Source: a virus. From it: 64,000 nucleotides of DNA. Below the pieces are notes generated by a model. It had not been told where the DNA came from and searched no databases. It saw nothing but the letters and a program-made list of their open reading frames with translations. The translations under genes were made by a program, and so were the position numbers. How positions within the stretch are numbered: the first letter of the stretch is position 1; each line of letters starts with the position of its first letter. The stretch spans positions 1 through 64,000 of IMG/VR virus record IMGVR_UViG_3300035670_000150. One strand, written 5' to 3'. Positions 56,258 through 64,000 of the stretch are shown here, piece after piece.

Positions 56258-57528
56258 TAGGTTATATCCTTATTAATGGTCTGAAACCCTTCTCCTTGAG
56301 AATCTTTCCCAATTGCTATAGCGGTAGAAATATATGGGGATGAAGGGGTAGGGTTATACATATCCCATTGAGGTTTTTTGGCTTCTTGTTTTGTATTAGG
56401 TATAAATTCGAACCAGTAACGGGTATAAATCTCTTCCCAATCTAACTGGTCTTTTGGAATAAAGGCCAAGCTAGGCAATACTTCAGTTACTAACTTTTCA
56501 TCTTTGAGTTCCAGTGTTGTCCATTCTTCAGTAGGGTTATTTTCTAATGCAAAATGGAGTGCCATTTTAACTCGTTTAGTGACAAACATGCAGTTATCCA
56601 TATCTTTATCGTAATTAAATAGATAGGATTTAAGGCCATATGTTTGTTGGTTATTTATGCATAGTGGGTGAAAGGGAGCATCCTGTTCTTTGATAGCAGA
56701 GATAGCTGTTCTTTCTGGGGCAGTAATTTTAATAGATTCACTATCCACATTTCTGCCTGTGAGTGCTAAGGTGTAGACACCATTCCAGTAATCGTAACCT
56801 TGTGGGCTTTTAGACCAAGGGAAAGCATCCCTTAATGGTTTGTCTGCACAAAGAGTTAACCCACTGCCTACACTACACGAAGCTAGTAAAATATAAAATA
56901 ATTGTAGCTCTGCTCTGTTCACACCTAGCACAGGGATTATTTCCTGTAGCATGGGCATATTTTCAATACACTCATAAATCGTGTTTCCATTTAGGTTATG
57001 GATAAACTGATGAAACTCTTGGGGTGCAGGTGATTTCATTTTTGTGAATTCCTTACTTTGTAGGAATGATACTAATTCATTTGCTGCTTTATCAATGAAA
57101 GCCATCCATTGGTCGTATGTTTTGGGTTGTGTATTAAATGTGAATTGGGCTACTGCTGAACGGGCGTAGTTACAGGCCAATGATTCATTAGCTTTTATTA
57201 ATTGATTATACCCTTGCTCACGGGCTTTACGGATTATGTAAGCTTCTTCTCTGCTTAGTTGATGATATTGCAGCGGTGCTCTTACGGTAGGCAAAGAAGA
57301 CACTAATGGATTAGTATCAAAATTTCCCAAAAGTCTACGTTCTAAAGCAGCATAATCTTCTCCTATCTGCTCTTGTAGATGTTTCAATATAGAGTCACTA
57401 AAAAGGGTTTTATTAGGTGCCGCCCAGTCAGGGAGTATCCCTAGTTCCCTATCCTCCTTTATGCGTTGTGTAGCTGTTTTTGCATATTCTTGCTTAGAGG
57501 GTATTTTATCTGAATCGAAATTAGCCAT
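56257..57528 (-). CDS. Hypothetical protein
   Basis: Start moved to MANFD after RBS AAGGAGG; internal AFPWSKSPQGYDYW motif. Confidence 0.7.
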   Translation of the reverse strand: MANFDSDKIPSKQEYAKTATQRIKEDRELGILPDWAAPNKTLFSDSILKHLQEQIGEDYAALERRLLGNFDTNPLVSSLPTVRAPLQYHQLSREEAYIIRKAREQGYNQLIKANESLACNYARSAVAQFTFNTQPKTYDQWMAFIDKAANELVSFLQSKEFTKMKSPAPQEFHQFIHNLNGNTIYECIENMPMLQEIIPVLGVNRAELQLFYILLASCSVGSGLTLCADKPLRDAFPWSKSPQGYDYWNGVYTLALTGRNVDSESIKITAPERTAISAIKEQDAPFHPLCINNQQTYGLKSYLFNYDKDMDNCMFVTKRVKMALHFALENNPTEEWTTLELKDEKLVTEVLPSLAFIPKDQLDWEEIYTRYWFEFIPNTKQEAKKPQWDMYNPTPSSPYISTAIAIGKDSQGEGFQTINKDIT

Positions 57529-57529
57529 T

Positions 57530-57754
57530 TTAGCAGCCTCCTTTATCACTTGGTTTGCCTATCTGCCTCCTTGCACGTTCAGCAGTTTTGGTGCCTTTAA
57601 TCACTCGTAGAGTGTGGTTACCTCTATCCCACTCGCAGTAGACAATATCCCCTTTGAGGTCATCGACTTTTTCGTTGAGGGAATAGAGGTCATGCTTGAT
57701 ATTGATGCACATCAGGAGCACTATCAGGATGCATCCTAAGAAGAGTTCTTTCAT
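57530..57754 (-). CDS. Small protein with N-terminal TM/signal segment
   Basis: Hydrophobic N-terminus; RBS GGGGTG. Confidence 0.65.
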   Translation of the reverse strand: MKELFLGCILIVLLMCINIKHDLYSLNEKVDDLKGDIVYCEWDRGNHTLRVIKGTKTAERARRQIGKPSDKGGC

Positions 57755-57774
57755 GATTCACCCCTTGGCTTAGG

Positions 57775-58326
57775 CTAAAGCATAACAGTCATGTAAGGCT
57801 TATTGGCTAGCAGCAGTACACGATTGTTTTCATATTGCCAGACTGATAGATTACCAATTTTGAAGTGAGCCAAAGGGGATTGGTTGAGTACTTCATATAA
57901 TGGTTTTCTTTCTAATGGGGCACCGTAAATGCTCTCTATGGCCTTCACAATTTCGAGTACTGAGTACTCAATACCATTGGCAGGCTTAGCGGTTTTTAAC
58001 GCATTGTAAGCACGCTCAATGATTTCAGGGATACAGCCTATAGCTTCTTTGGTAGCCTTGGTAACATAGGCTGGATGGTTATGGGGATTGAGGACAATTT
58101 CCATAGTGAGTTTCTCTTCATCAAGAATTTGAATAGTGTTATTGGTGAATACCCAATAGTGCCCTCTTTCATCTTGGCAAATTGTAGTGTTATTGGGTAA
58201 TGGGGCTGCTGTTAGAAAGGAGTAAGTAACCCCTTTCGTAAAGGTAACGTTTTCTGCGTCTCTTTTATTAGCAAACCCATGAAAAGGTTTAAATACAACG
58301 TCTTCTAGTGGAGTGAGTTTAATCAT
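57775..58326 (-). CDS. Hypothetical protein
   Basis: 183-aa ORF in the operon direction. Confidence 0.65.
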   Translation of the reverse strand: MIKLTPLEDVVFKPFHGFANKRDAENVTFTKGVTYSFLTAAPLPNNTTICQDERGHYWVFTNNTIQILDEEKLTMEIVLNPHNHPAYVTKATKEAIGCIPEIIERAYNALKTAKPANGIEYSVLEIVKAIESIYGAPLERKPLYEVLNQSPLAHFKIGNLSVWQYENNRVLLLANKPYMTVML

Positions 58327-58424
58327 TTAATTTCTGCCCATTTAATGGTGAATTCTTTTCCATACTCGTTTATTTCTTTACGAGTAATGGTGAAGATGCT
58401 GGCATCTGACAAGGTATAACGAAT

Positions 58425-58664
58425 TCATTCGGTGTTCCTCTGCTTAGGCATTTTGATAAACCGATAACCAATGTAAGCATAGAGTAGTCGGGATTTTCCC
58501 TTATCATCTATGATATTTATCATTGGTTCCATTGATGCAATAAGACCTAATTGTACTTCGAGTACGGTATAGACCTTATTAGGTGTAAGGTCATTTATTG
58601 CAGGGTTGGAGGATGCATATAAAAGTTCATCCCCCACTTCTACGTAAGCTTGGCTATTACTCAT
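58425..58664 (-). CDS. Hypothetical protein (possible SH3-like beta fold)
   Basis: VGD...LT..KVY.V...IIDD.G pattern; RBS AAGGA. Confidence 0.65.
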   Translation of the reverse strand: MSNSQAYVEVGDELLYASSNPAINDLTPNKVYTVLEVQLGLIASMEPMINIIDDKGKSRLLYAYIGYRFIKMPKQRNTE

Positions 58665-58676
58665 GATAGTTCCTTA

Positions 58677-59126
58677 TTAGAGCCAGTAGTCTTTAGTAAC
58701 TATTTTGGCTTTTTTGCAGGCAATGGCATCTTCTACGAATAGGTTCATGCCGTAGTCATGGAAGACTATACGACCGTCAAGCCAGCCAATGTTTTCTAGC
58801 TTGAGGTCAGTGACAAAACTAGGAACCACTGTAGGCGCTTCAGAGGGTCTTACAGGGCTTGTTTTAGCCATGATAAGGTATCTACCACAGCCACTGATTT
58901 CTATGCATGGAGCGAACCATTGCTTAGCTATACGGGCGAATTCAGAATTGATTTCTAATCTCTCCCACGTTGAGAATTCAATGATGTTAGCTTCGATGCC
59001 TCGAAAGCTTTTAGCTACCTTGAGCACATGATTAGAGTTGGGTGCCCAATGATATACATCACGGGAAAACCCGCTTCCTATCTTGGCACCTACTACCATA
59101 TCGGCAATACCTTCGAATTGACTCAT
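58677..59126 (-). CDS. Minimal protein kinase-like protein
   Basis: IGSGFSRDVY, VLKVA, N..E, DLKLEN and HDYG motifs. Confidence 0.8.
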   Translation of the reverse strand: MSQFEGIADMVVGAKIGSGFSRDVYHWAPNSNHVLKVAKSFRGIEANIIEFSTWERLEINSEFARIAKQWFAPCIEISGCGRYLIMAKTSPVRPSEAPTVVPSFVTDLKLENIGWLDGRIVFHDYGMNLFVEDAIACKKAKIVTKDYWL

Positions 59127-59623
59127 TTTACTTTACCGAATTTAGGGTAAGAGAGCAGTGTCATGCGGATGAATGGAGTACCGTCCCTGCTGAGCATAAT
59201 TACTGAGTTGGTGCTATCAAATACCCAATGCTTGCTTGTACAGAACTGCATGAAGGATTGTTTGCCTTGGGGCAAGCTCATCCATACCCCATTGGTTTGG
59301 ACGCTAATGACTTTACGTTCAATGGACTGGCTATCACTAAATGCCCATGGCATATCTTCAACGAGGATTTCACATAACCAAACAGACTCAAGCATTAGAG
59401 CACGTTTGAGTTCAAGCATGTTGGATATAGGGTAATCTGCTTCTTCATCTAGGGAGATAGATTGGATGAAAGTATTCAATGCTTCAGAGGTAGTCTTAGC
59501 ATGTTCCATAATCTTCTCTGCTTCCGTTGGTTGGTAAAATCCAGCAGAAGCTTCATCAATTTTTGCAGCCACATGGGCATTGATTAAAGCACGTAATTCG
59601 TTCACTTTGCGTTTGTTTAGCAT
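59123..59623 (-). CDS. Hypothetical protein
   Basis: 166-aa ORF coupled to the kinase gene by an ATGA overlap. Confidence 0.7.
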   Translation of the reverse strand: MLNKRKVNELRALINAHVAAKIDEASAGFYQPTEAEKIMEHAKTTSEALNTFIQSISLDEEADYPISNMLELKRALMLESVWLCEILVEDMPWAFSDSQSIERKVISVQTNGVWMSLPQGKQSFMQFCTSKHWVFDSTNSVIMLSRDGTPFIRMTLLSYPKFGKVK

Positions 59624-59794
59624 GGTAATACTCTCTATATGGTAGGTGGCGAAAAACCACGAAAAAAGGGACGATAACCTATAGACGAACTATCGTACAC
59701 TTTTTGTTAATTTGGAATTTCAGTATATGGTAAGATTCCTCAAAGTAATCTCGAAAAATACTTCAAAAACACCAAAAGAAAAGCGTTATAAAGT

Positions 59795-59826
59795 AAAAAA
59801 TCCTCCCTCATTTAGAGGGAGGATTT
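59795..59826 (-). terminator. Terminator after RNAP II subunit 2
   Basis: - strand AAATCCTCCCTC-TAAAT-GAGGGAGGATTT then TTT. Confidence 0.88.
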
Positions 59827-59860
59827 CTATTCTAGTGTAAAACTGAGTTTTTACTAAGTA

Positions 59861-61120
59861 TTAGTTGATAGCATACTTGTTGTTAATGATTTGTGAATAT
59901 ATTTTAGGGTCAACAGGGTCTAACTGGCTGGTGTAATCTATACCTGTTAAGGATTCGATTATTTTGAACAGCCATACGCCTTTGTAGATACTGCCGAGCA
60001 CATTGTTGTAATGAGTCTTCAAGGTATTTACGTGGTTTGCCTTGGCACCGAAGCCATCATGGATAAGCTTCAGTTGGCATGGAGCACGCTTAAGGGATTG
60101 CTTGATAATCAAGGCCAAGGATATTAGATAGTCCTTGTCAATCCCATGCATACCACCACGGGTAACACATTCAGCACCCTTAATTGATACCATGCCAAAC
60201 TTTTCAGAGAGTTCAGCAAGGTGTCGTAGTTCCAAGTTAGTGCTGGTTTGGGACTCACCTTTGAGATAGGCATTGATACTGTCCAAAGCGTTCTGTAACG
60301 CTTCAGGATTGTAGTCACAACGCGCATTAGTCTCACGTAGTACATAGGCATCCAATGAATGTGTTACCCTTGCAGCTAAGCATTTAGTGCCGTGTTCCCC
60401 TACTTCTTTGGTTCCGATTTCCTTGTACTGGTAGGTGAATCGTTGACCATTGAAGTAGAAGGTTTCTGCACGACTGCAAATCACTCTAATCAGCACGTTA
60501 TGCCCATCAGGCATCACATAATGGTATTCTGTGGCTGCTGGGTTCCACGCACCAATTAGGATGTTTTTGATGATTTCAGCACGCTTAACGGTGTTGTAAT
60601 ACGCTTCAGTGAATGCCTTCATATCATCCCCGAATACCATTGCAGGGACTTTAGCTGAGCCATAGATATAAGGCACTGTAGCTTTCTTGACTTGGGTTCG
60701 GGATAAGGCGGATTGGATTGCAGGATTTTGTTTCATCCAATCGTAGATACGCTTATACAGGTCAGGTACTTTGTCACCTATAGCCCCTGTATTTGTCATA
60801 CCTATGATACAACGAGTAGCCACTGAGAGTAGCTGACAGCCTGAGCTAGCTGTATCCAGTTCGATGTAATGGCCTGTTGGATTACCATTGCAAATATCCC
60901 ATACGTTAAGTAAGGATGCAGTGAATAATTCAGGCTCATCGGCATTCTTAATGAGGGCATTAAACTTAGCTGATAAGTCCATAAGTCCTTTACAGGATTT
61001 AATGTCAGCAAGTAAACTTCTGCCCCAATCTAAACGTTCATCAAATTCCTTTTTATCTAGTCCATAGTTGTTAGCTAAGTCAATGAGTGACCATTGAGCA
61101 GGAGTATATAAATCTTTCAT
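59861..61120 (-). CDS. RNA polymerase II subunit 2 (N4 gp16-like)
   Basis: ID.AN.YGLDK, motif A LDTASSGCQ, motif B R...KK.....IYGS, HSLDA, motif C IHDGF. Confidence 0.93.
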   Translation of the reverse strand: MKDLYTPAQWSLIDLANNYGLDKKEFDERLDWGRSLLADIKSCKGLMDLSAKFNALIKNADEPELFTASLLNVWDICNGNPTGHYIELDTASSGCQLLSVATRCIIGMTNTGAIGDKVPDLYKRIYDWMKQNPAIQSALSRTQVKKATVPYIYGSAKVPAMVFGDDMKAFTEAYYNTVKRAEIIKNILIGAWNPAATEYHYVMPDGHNVLIRVICSRAETFYFNGQRFTYQYKEIGTKEVGEHGTKCLAARVTHSLDAYVLRETNARCDYNPEALQNALDSINAYLKGESQTSTNLELRHLAELSEKFGMVSIKGAECVTRGGMHGIDKDYLISLALIIKQSLKRAPCQLKLIHDGFGAKANHVNTLKTHYNNVLGSIYKGVWLFKIIESLTGIDYTSQLDPVDPKIYSQIINNKYAIN

Positions 61121-61162
61121 ACGGATACCTTCATTCTTTAAGTTGGGAAGACTTAATATTGA

Positions 61163-62047
61163 TTAGAAATCTGGTGCTACTAATTCTTTATTAGCTGATT
61201 GCACCATAGCTTTAAGGTAGCTAATACCTTGGTAATTAAAATGGAATGCTTTTGTATAGGTTCTTCCACCATTGTCATATTTATGGTGGATATAGAATCT
61301 ATTACCTTGAAGGGCAATAGTATTCACTTTACTTGGCAATTCATTGATTAATCGACTCCAAGATTCATAGCGTTTACTAATATCTTTTTCGTCTTCATAG
61401 TTACCATCATCTTTGACCTTTGGTGTAGGGTCAAATTTAGGCTGTACTAGGAATTGAATACGAGTTTCTACTCGGTAAGGGTTACGATTGAGTTTATTGA
61501 TATGGGATAAGTTAAGGGGTAAATCATAATGCTTTAATTCACCCCCACAAATAATGCTTTCATTAATTGTTCTATATCCTATATGCCTATTGTCTTTTAC
61601 CAATAAAGGTAATTCGACTGATGGCAATACATAGCTCAATTCTTTTTGCTTATCGAGTATTTCTTGGCTGAGTTTATTGGTTGAATAGAAATGTAAATAC
61701 ATCCCTATTCTTTTTACTTTGATAAACGTATTTTTGCATAAAGCATTTAACATTAAGTCAATGATAATGCCTTTGATAGAATTGTTTCTGACTTTATTAA
61801 ACATCATACCTGTTAATGCTTGGGCAGTTACTGAAGTATTCAATATTACCCTAGCGGTCATCTTGTATATTAATTCGCTATGGTCTTCATTTAACCATTT
61901 ATCGAGTAATATTTTAGTGATGTCATCAACTGGTAGTTTTTCAACATCAATGGTTTCAAGGAATTTCATTGGTTGTTCGATTAGGGAACCATAAGCACTT
62001 CTGAGTAAGTTGAGTTCATGGTCTTTGGCTAATAGTTCTAAGCTCAT
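61163..62047 (-). CDS. RNA polymerase II subunit 1 (N4 gp15-like)
   Basis: FY..HKYD.GGRTY......NYQG motif; adjacent to subunit 2. Confidence 0.88.
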   Translation of the reverse strand: MSLELLAKDHELNLLRSAYGSLIEQPMKFLETIDVEKLPVDDITKILLDKWLNEDHSELIYKMTARVILNTSVTAQALTGMMFNKVRNNSIKGIIIDLMLNALCKNTFIKVKRIGMYLHFYSTNKLSQEILDKQKELSYVLPSVELPLLVKDNRHIGYRTINESIICGGELKHYDLPLNLSHINKLNRNPYRVETRIQFLVQPKFDPTPKVKDDGNYEDEKDISKRYESWSRLINELPSKVNTIALQGNRFYIHHKYDNGGRTYTKAFHFNYQGISYLKAMVQSANKELVAPDF

Positions 62048-62433
62048 TTCTTTTTACTCCACATTGCCCCTTGAGGATAATCTTTAGCTGTATATCCTAG
62101 GGATGTTAATAGGTTTGCCACTTCTCTTTCTCCCACATTGAAATTACTTGTGCGGTGATGAGTATTATCAGTGATGAATCTTACGTTAGCATTGGCAGCT
62201 AAGGTAATCTCATTTACATCAATGAGTTGGCGATTAGGACGATTACCTTCAGCACTGATAAATACAATGTCTGAAGCTTCGTAATGGCCGCAGTTAACTA
62301 TTTCTTTTGGTAAGTGAGTAGCATACCAATTAGTAGAACTGGTTAATGTTCCACGGCCTATGAATTTATTAGCGGGTTTAGCTTTTACTCTATCTTTTTC
62401 ATAGTAGTAATGTTCACGCATCGGTAAGTCCAT
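62044..62433 (-). CDS. Conserved-looking hypothetical protein
   Basis: ANKFIGRG...VFISAEG.R...FITD...NVGE; coupled to RNAP1; family not identified. Confidence 0.7.
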   Translation of the reverse strand: MDLPMREHYYYEKDRVKAKPANKFIGRGTLTSSTNWYATHLPKEIVNCGHYEASDIVFISAEGNRPNRQLIDVNEITLAANANVRFITDNTHHRTSNFNVGEREVANLLTSLGYTAKDYPQGAMWSKKK

Positions 62434-62436
62434 TGT

Positions 62437-62634
62437 TTACTCCTTTTTTCTTTCAAATATAAAGTTAACTATAACGGTGAGAATAGTTATAGCTAACCAT
62501 CCACCTAGTAATATACCGCAAGTAATTGCACCTGCAATAAAGATGAAACCGAATATAGGTAGCATAATGTAGACAGCACCAAATATGATGCCTAGGCTAA
62601 TTACATAGCCTATAAAATTAGCTATTAGATTCAT
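62437..62634 (-). CDS. Small membrane protein
   Basis: Start moved to MNLIA after RBS AAGGA; two hydrophobic segments. Confidence 0.65.
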   Translation of the reverse strand: MNLIANFIGYVISLGIIFGAVYIMLPIFGFIFIAGAITCGILLGGWLAITILTVIVNFIFERKKE

Positions 62635-62833
62635 GATTAGTTTCCTTTTCTGTTTGTACCATCCTTTCAATGGTTCCTTCCAATACGATGATATGGAATG
62701 TTTGACTTGCTATATAACGGTCTGCTAGCACTAATTTATTTTGAAGTTGTTTTGTACGATTCTTTAATACACGAATGTAATTAAGTAATACAATGAATGT
62801 AGTAATAATTAGGACAGGGTAAGCGGATTCCAT
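62618..62833 (-). CDS. Small TM plus coiled-coil protein
   Basis: Hydrophobic N-terminus; RBS AAGGA. Confidence 0.65.
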   Translation of the reverse strand: MESAYPVLIITTFIVLLNYIRVLKNRTKQLQNKLVLADRYIASQTFHIIVLEGTIERMVQTEKETNHESNS

Positions 62834-63084
62834 GGTAATTCCTTAGCTTTCTTAGCAGGTTTTTTAGGGGTAGATGCCACTATTTCTCTATCGAGTTGTA
62901 GTGAGTAGTTAGCTATTTTACGTTCTTTCCATGGTTCTTGTGAGTAGATAAAGTCATAGGCTTTTTTGCCATATACTCTAACGGCTGCATAAGAACCAAA
63001 ATTACATTTAGGGCATTTAGGATTTTTAGACTTAAATACCCATTCGCATGAAGCGCACACTCTTACATGACTATATTTAAGCAT
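62809..63084 (-). CDS. Zinc-ribbon protein
   Basis: CASC...CPKC; RBS AAGGA. Confidence 0.7.
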   Translation of the reverse strand: MLKYSHVRVCASCEWVFKSKNPKCPKCNFGSYAAVRVYGKKAYDFIYSQEPWKERKIANYSLQLDREIVASTPKKPAKKAKELPWNPLTLS

Positions 63085-63151
63085 GATTAGATTCCTTTAT
63101 TGTGCTGAGCATCATTAACGTTGCGTAATTCTGCAATAATACTTAACTGAA

Positions 63152-63385
63152 CTACTGCTTCAGGTAACAAGTACCTTCTTTGACGATAATGTTTTCTCTT
63201 GGGATGCCTAAGCTAATGAACTTAGCAATGCATTCCCCTTCTTTGGCTTGCACTGCCATAGCGTCTTTGACTGCATCATGCAATACCGTTAGGGATAGGA
63301 TAGCTGTGAGCACTAGGAGTATTTGCATAGCTCCAATTGCCCACAGTTTTAATTGATTCTTTAAACGGTCTGTTTTATAGCTCAT
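63152..63385 (-). CDS. Small membrane-anchored protein
   Basis: TM segment followed by a Cys pair; RBS AAGGA. Confidence 0.65.
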   Translation of the reverse strand: MSYKTDRLKNQLKLWAIGAMQILLVLTAILSLTVLHDAVKDAMAVQAKEGECIAKFISLGIPRENIIVKEGTCYLKQ

Positions 63386-63398
63386 AGCTAAGTCCTTA

Positions 63399-63512
63399 TT
63401 ATTTACAATAGATAACGATTGTTACACCGATAGTACCTAGCAATGCTGCCAGTACGAATAGTGAATTGATACCTTGGTTAAACCATTCCAATACACTGAT
63501 AAATAGTTCCAT
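63399..63512 (-). CDS. 37-aa membrane peptide (below the ORF-track cutoff)
   Basis: RBS AAGGAG; MELFISVLEWFNQGINSLFVLAALLGTIGVTIVIYCK; stop abuts the next gene's RBS. Confidence 0.7.
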   Translation of the reverse strand: MELFISVLEWFNQGINSLFVLAALLGTIGVTIVIYCK

Positions 63513-63550
63513 ATATGCTCCTTGAGTTGATAGCTGATAGGCATAGACAA

Positions 63551-63591
63551 ACACCAAAAAGAAGCGAAGCGCGAGGTATACATATACTCGC
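63551..63591 (-). promoter_or_regulatory. Candidate vRNAP (early) hairpin promoter
   Basis: + (template) strand CCAAAAAGAAGCGAAGC resembles the N4 P2 template CCAAAAGAAGCGGAGC (recalled); lies downstream of the gp2-like gene terminator. Confidence 0.55.
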
Positions 63592-63689
63592 TAAGCTGTT
63601 GCTATCTATTCGGTGATTGTTAGATGTGTTGCTATCTGATAGCTATTTTTCTTTGGCTCAGCAGCTCTTAAAAGAGAGCAGGAGACACG

Positions 63690-63729
63690 AAAAAAGAATT
63701 CCTCACCACCCACAAGGGATGATGAGGAA
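63690..63729 (-). terminator. Terminator after gp2-like gene
   Basis: - strand TTCCTCATCATCCC-TTGT-GGGTGGTGAGGAA then TTCTTTTTT. Confidence 0.8.
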
Positions 63730-63743
63730 CACTCGCTAAATGG

Positions 63744-63998
63744 TTAGATAGACCAACCAGTTGCATCAGGTTCATTGGAACCTTTGACGAACAGGGTTAA
63801 GCGGACAGGACATTTGATTACCAAATCATCCTCAGTTACCGCAGCTTCTGCCTTATCCAGCAGAATTTCCATCAGCTTACGCTGATTTGCACCCATACCA
63901 CGAATGTCCTCAGATACAGGACAATTCAATGGCATACGCACGAAGACATTAGGAGCAACCTCAAGCTCAACGTTCAGGTACACCTGAGTTTGAGATTG
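63744..63998 (-). CDS. N4 gp2-like ssDNA-binding activator of RNAP II; probably 5' truncated
   Basis: Frame is open to the window edge; QVYLNV..FVRMP..P..NQRKLMEIL resembles recalled gp2 QFWLNI..FISLP..P..QNDLLEQL; early-region position. Confidence 0.5.
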   Translation of the reverse strand, partial: QSQTQVYLNVELEVAPNVFVRMPLNCPVSEDIRGMGANQRKLMEILLDKAEAAVTEDDLVIKCPVRLTLFVKGSNEPDATGWSI

Positions 63999-64000
63999 AG

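Larger units (their letters stand above)
1..64000. other. N4-like (Schitoviridae) bacteriophage genome segment
   Basis: Giant virion RNAP, two-subunit T7-like RNAP II, N4-type capsid/portal/primase/SSB/rIIAB gene order, and late genes transcribed opposite to early/middle genes. Confidence 0.97.

Noticed and set aside
59861-62047. Split RNA polymerase as a broken gene or intron
   Set aside because: A two-subunit RNAP II is the normal state in N4-like phages
63088-63170. Possible 27-aa TTG-start peptide on the - strand
   Set aside because: Poor RBS spacing, short and without other support
1-64000. Genome-wide stop-codon reassignment
   Set aside because: Core genes are full length under the standard code and all three stop codons terminate genes

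Overview
This window is about 64 kb of an N4-like (Schitoviridae) lytic podophage genome infecting a Gram-negative host (it encodes spanins); the host genus cannot be determined from the sequence. The + strand (1-32090) carries the late/virion module: a tail fibre truncated at the left edge with a chaperone domain and adhesin, a lysis cassette, a second 1796-aa repeat-rich fibre, portal, scaffold, major capsid, N4 gp55-gp51-like proteins and the 3434-aa virion RNA polymerase. The - strand (32087-64000) carries replication genes (resolvase, SSB, AAA protein, primase, nuclease, family A polymerase, SF1 helicase), MoxR/vWA, a ClpX-like ATPase, rIIA/rIIB, dUTPase, an accessory region, the split RNAP II and a gp2-like activator at the right edge. 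No tRNA, CRISPR array, integrase or terminase was seen. The most interesting items are a 149-aa minimal protein kinase, a ClpX-like ATPase lacking the IGF loop and pore tyrosine, TraR-like, NinH-like and macrodomain genes, three identical hairpin stems with variable loops, a candidate vRNAP promoter built on a GCGAAGC mini-hairpin, and an exact 816-nt higher-order repeat in the fibre gene. Family assignments come from motifs read by eye and recalled references, not from database searches.
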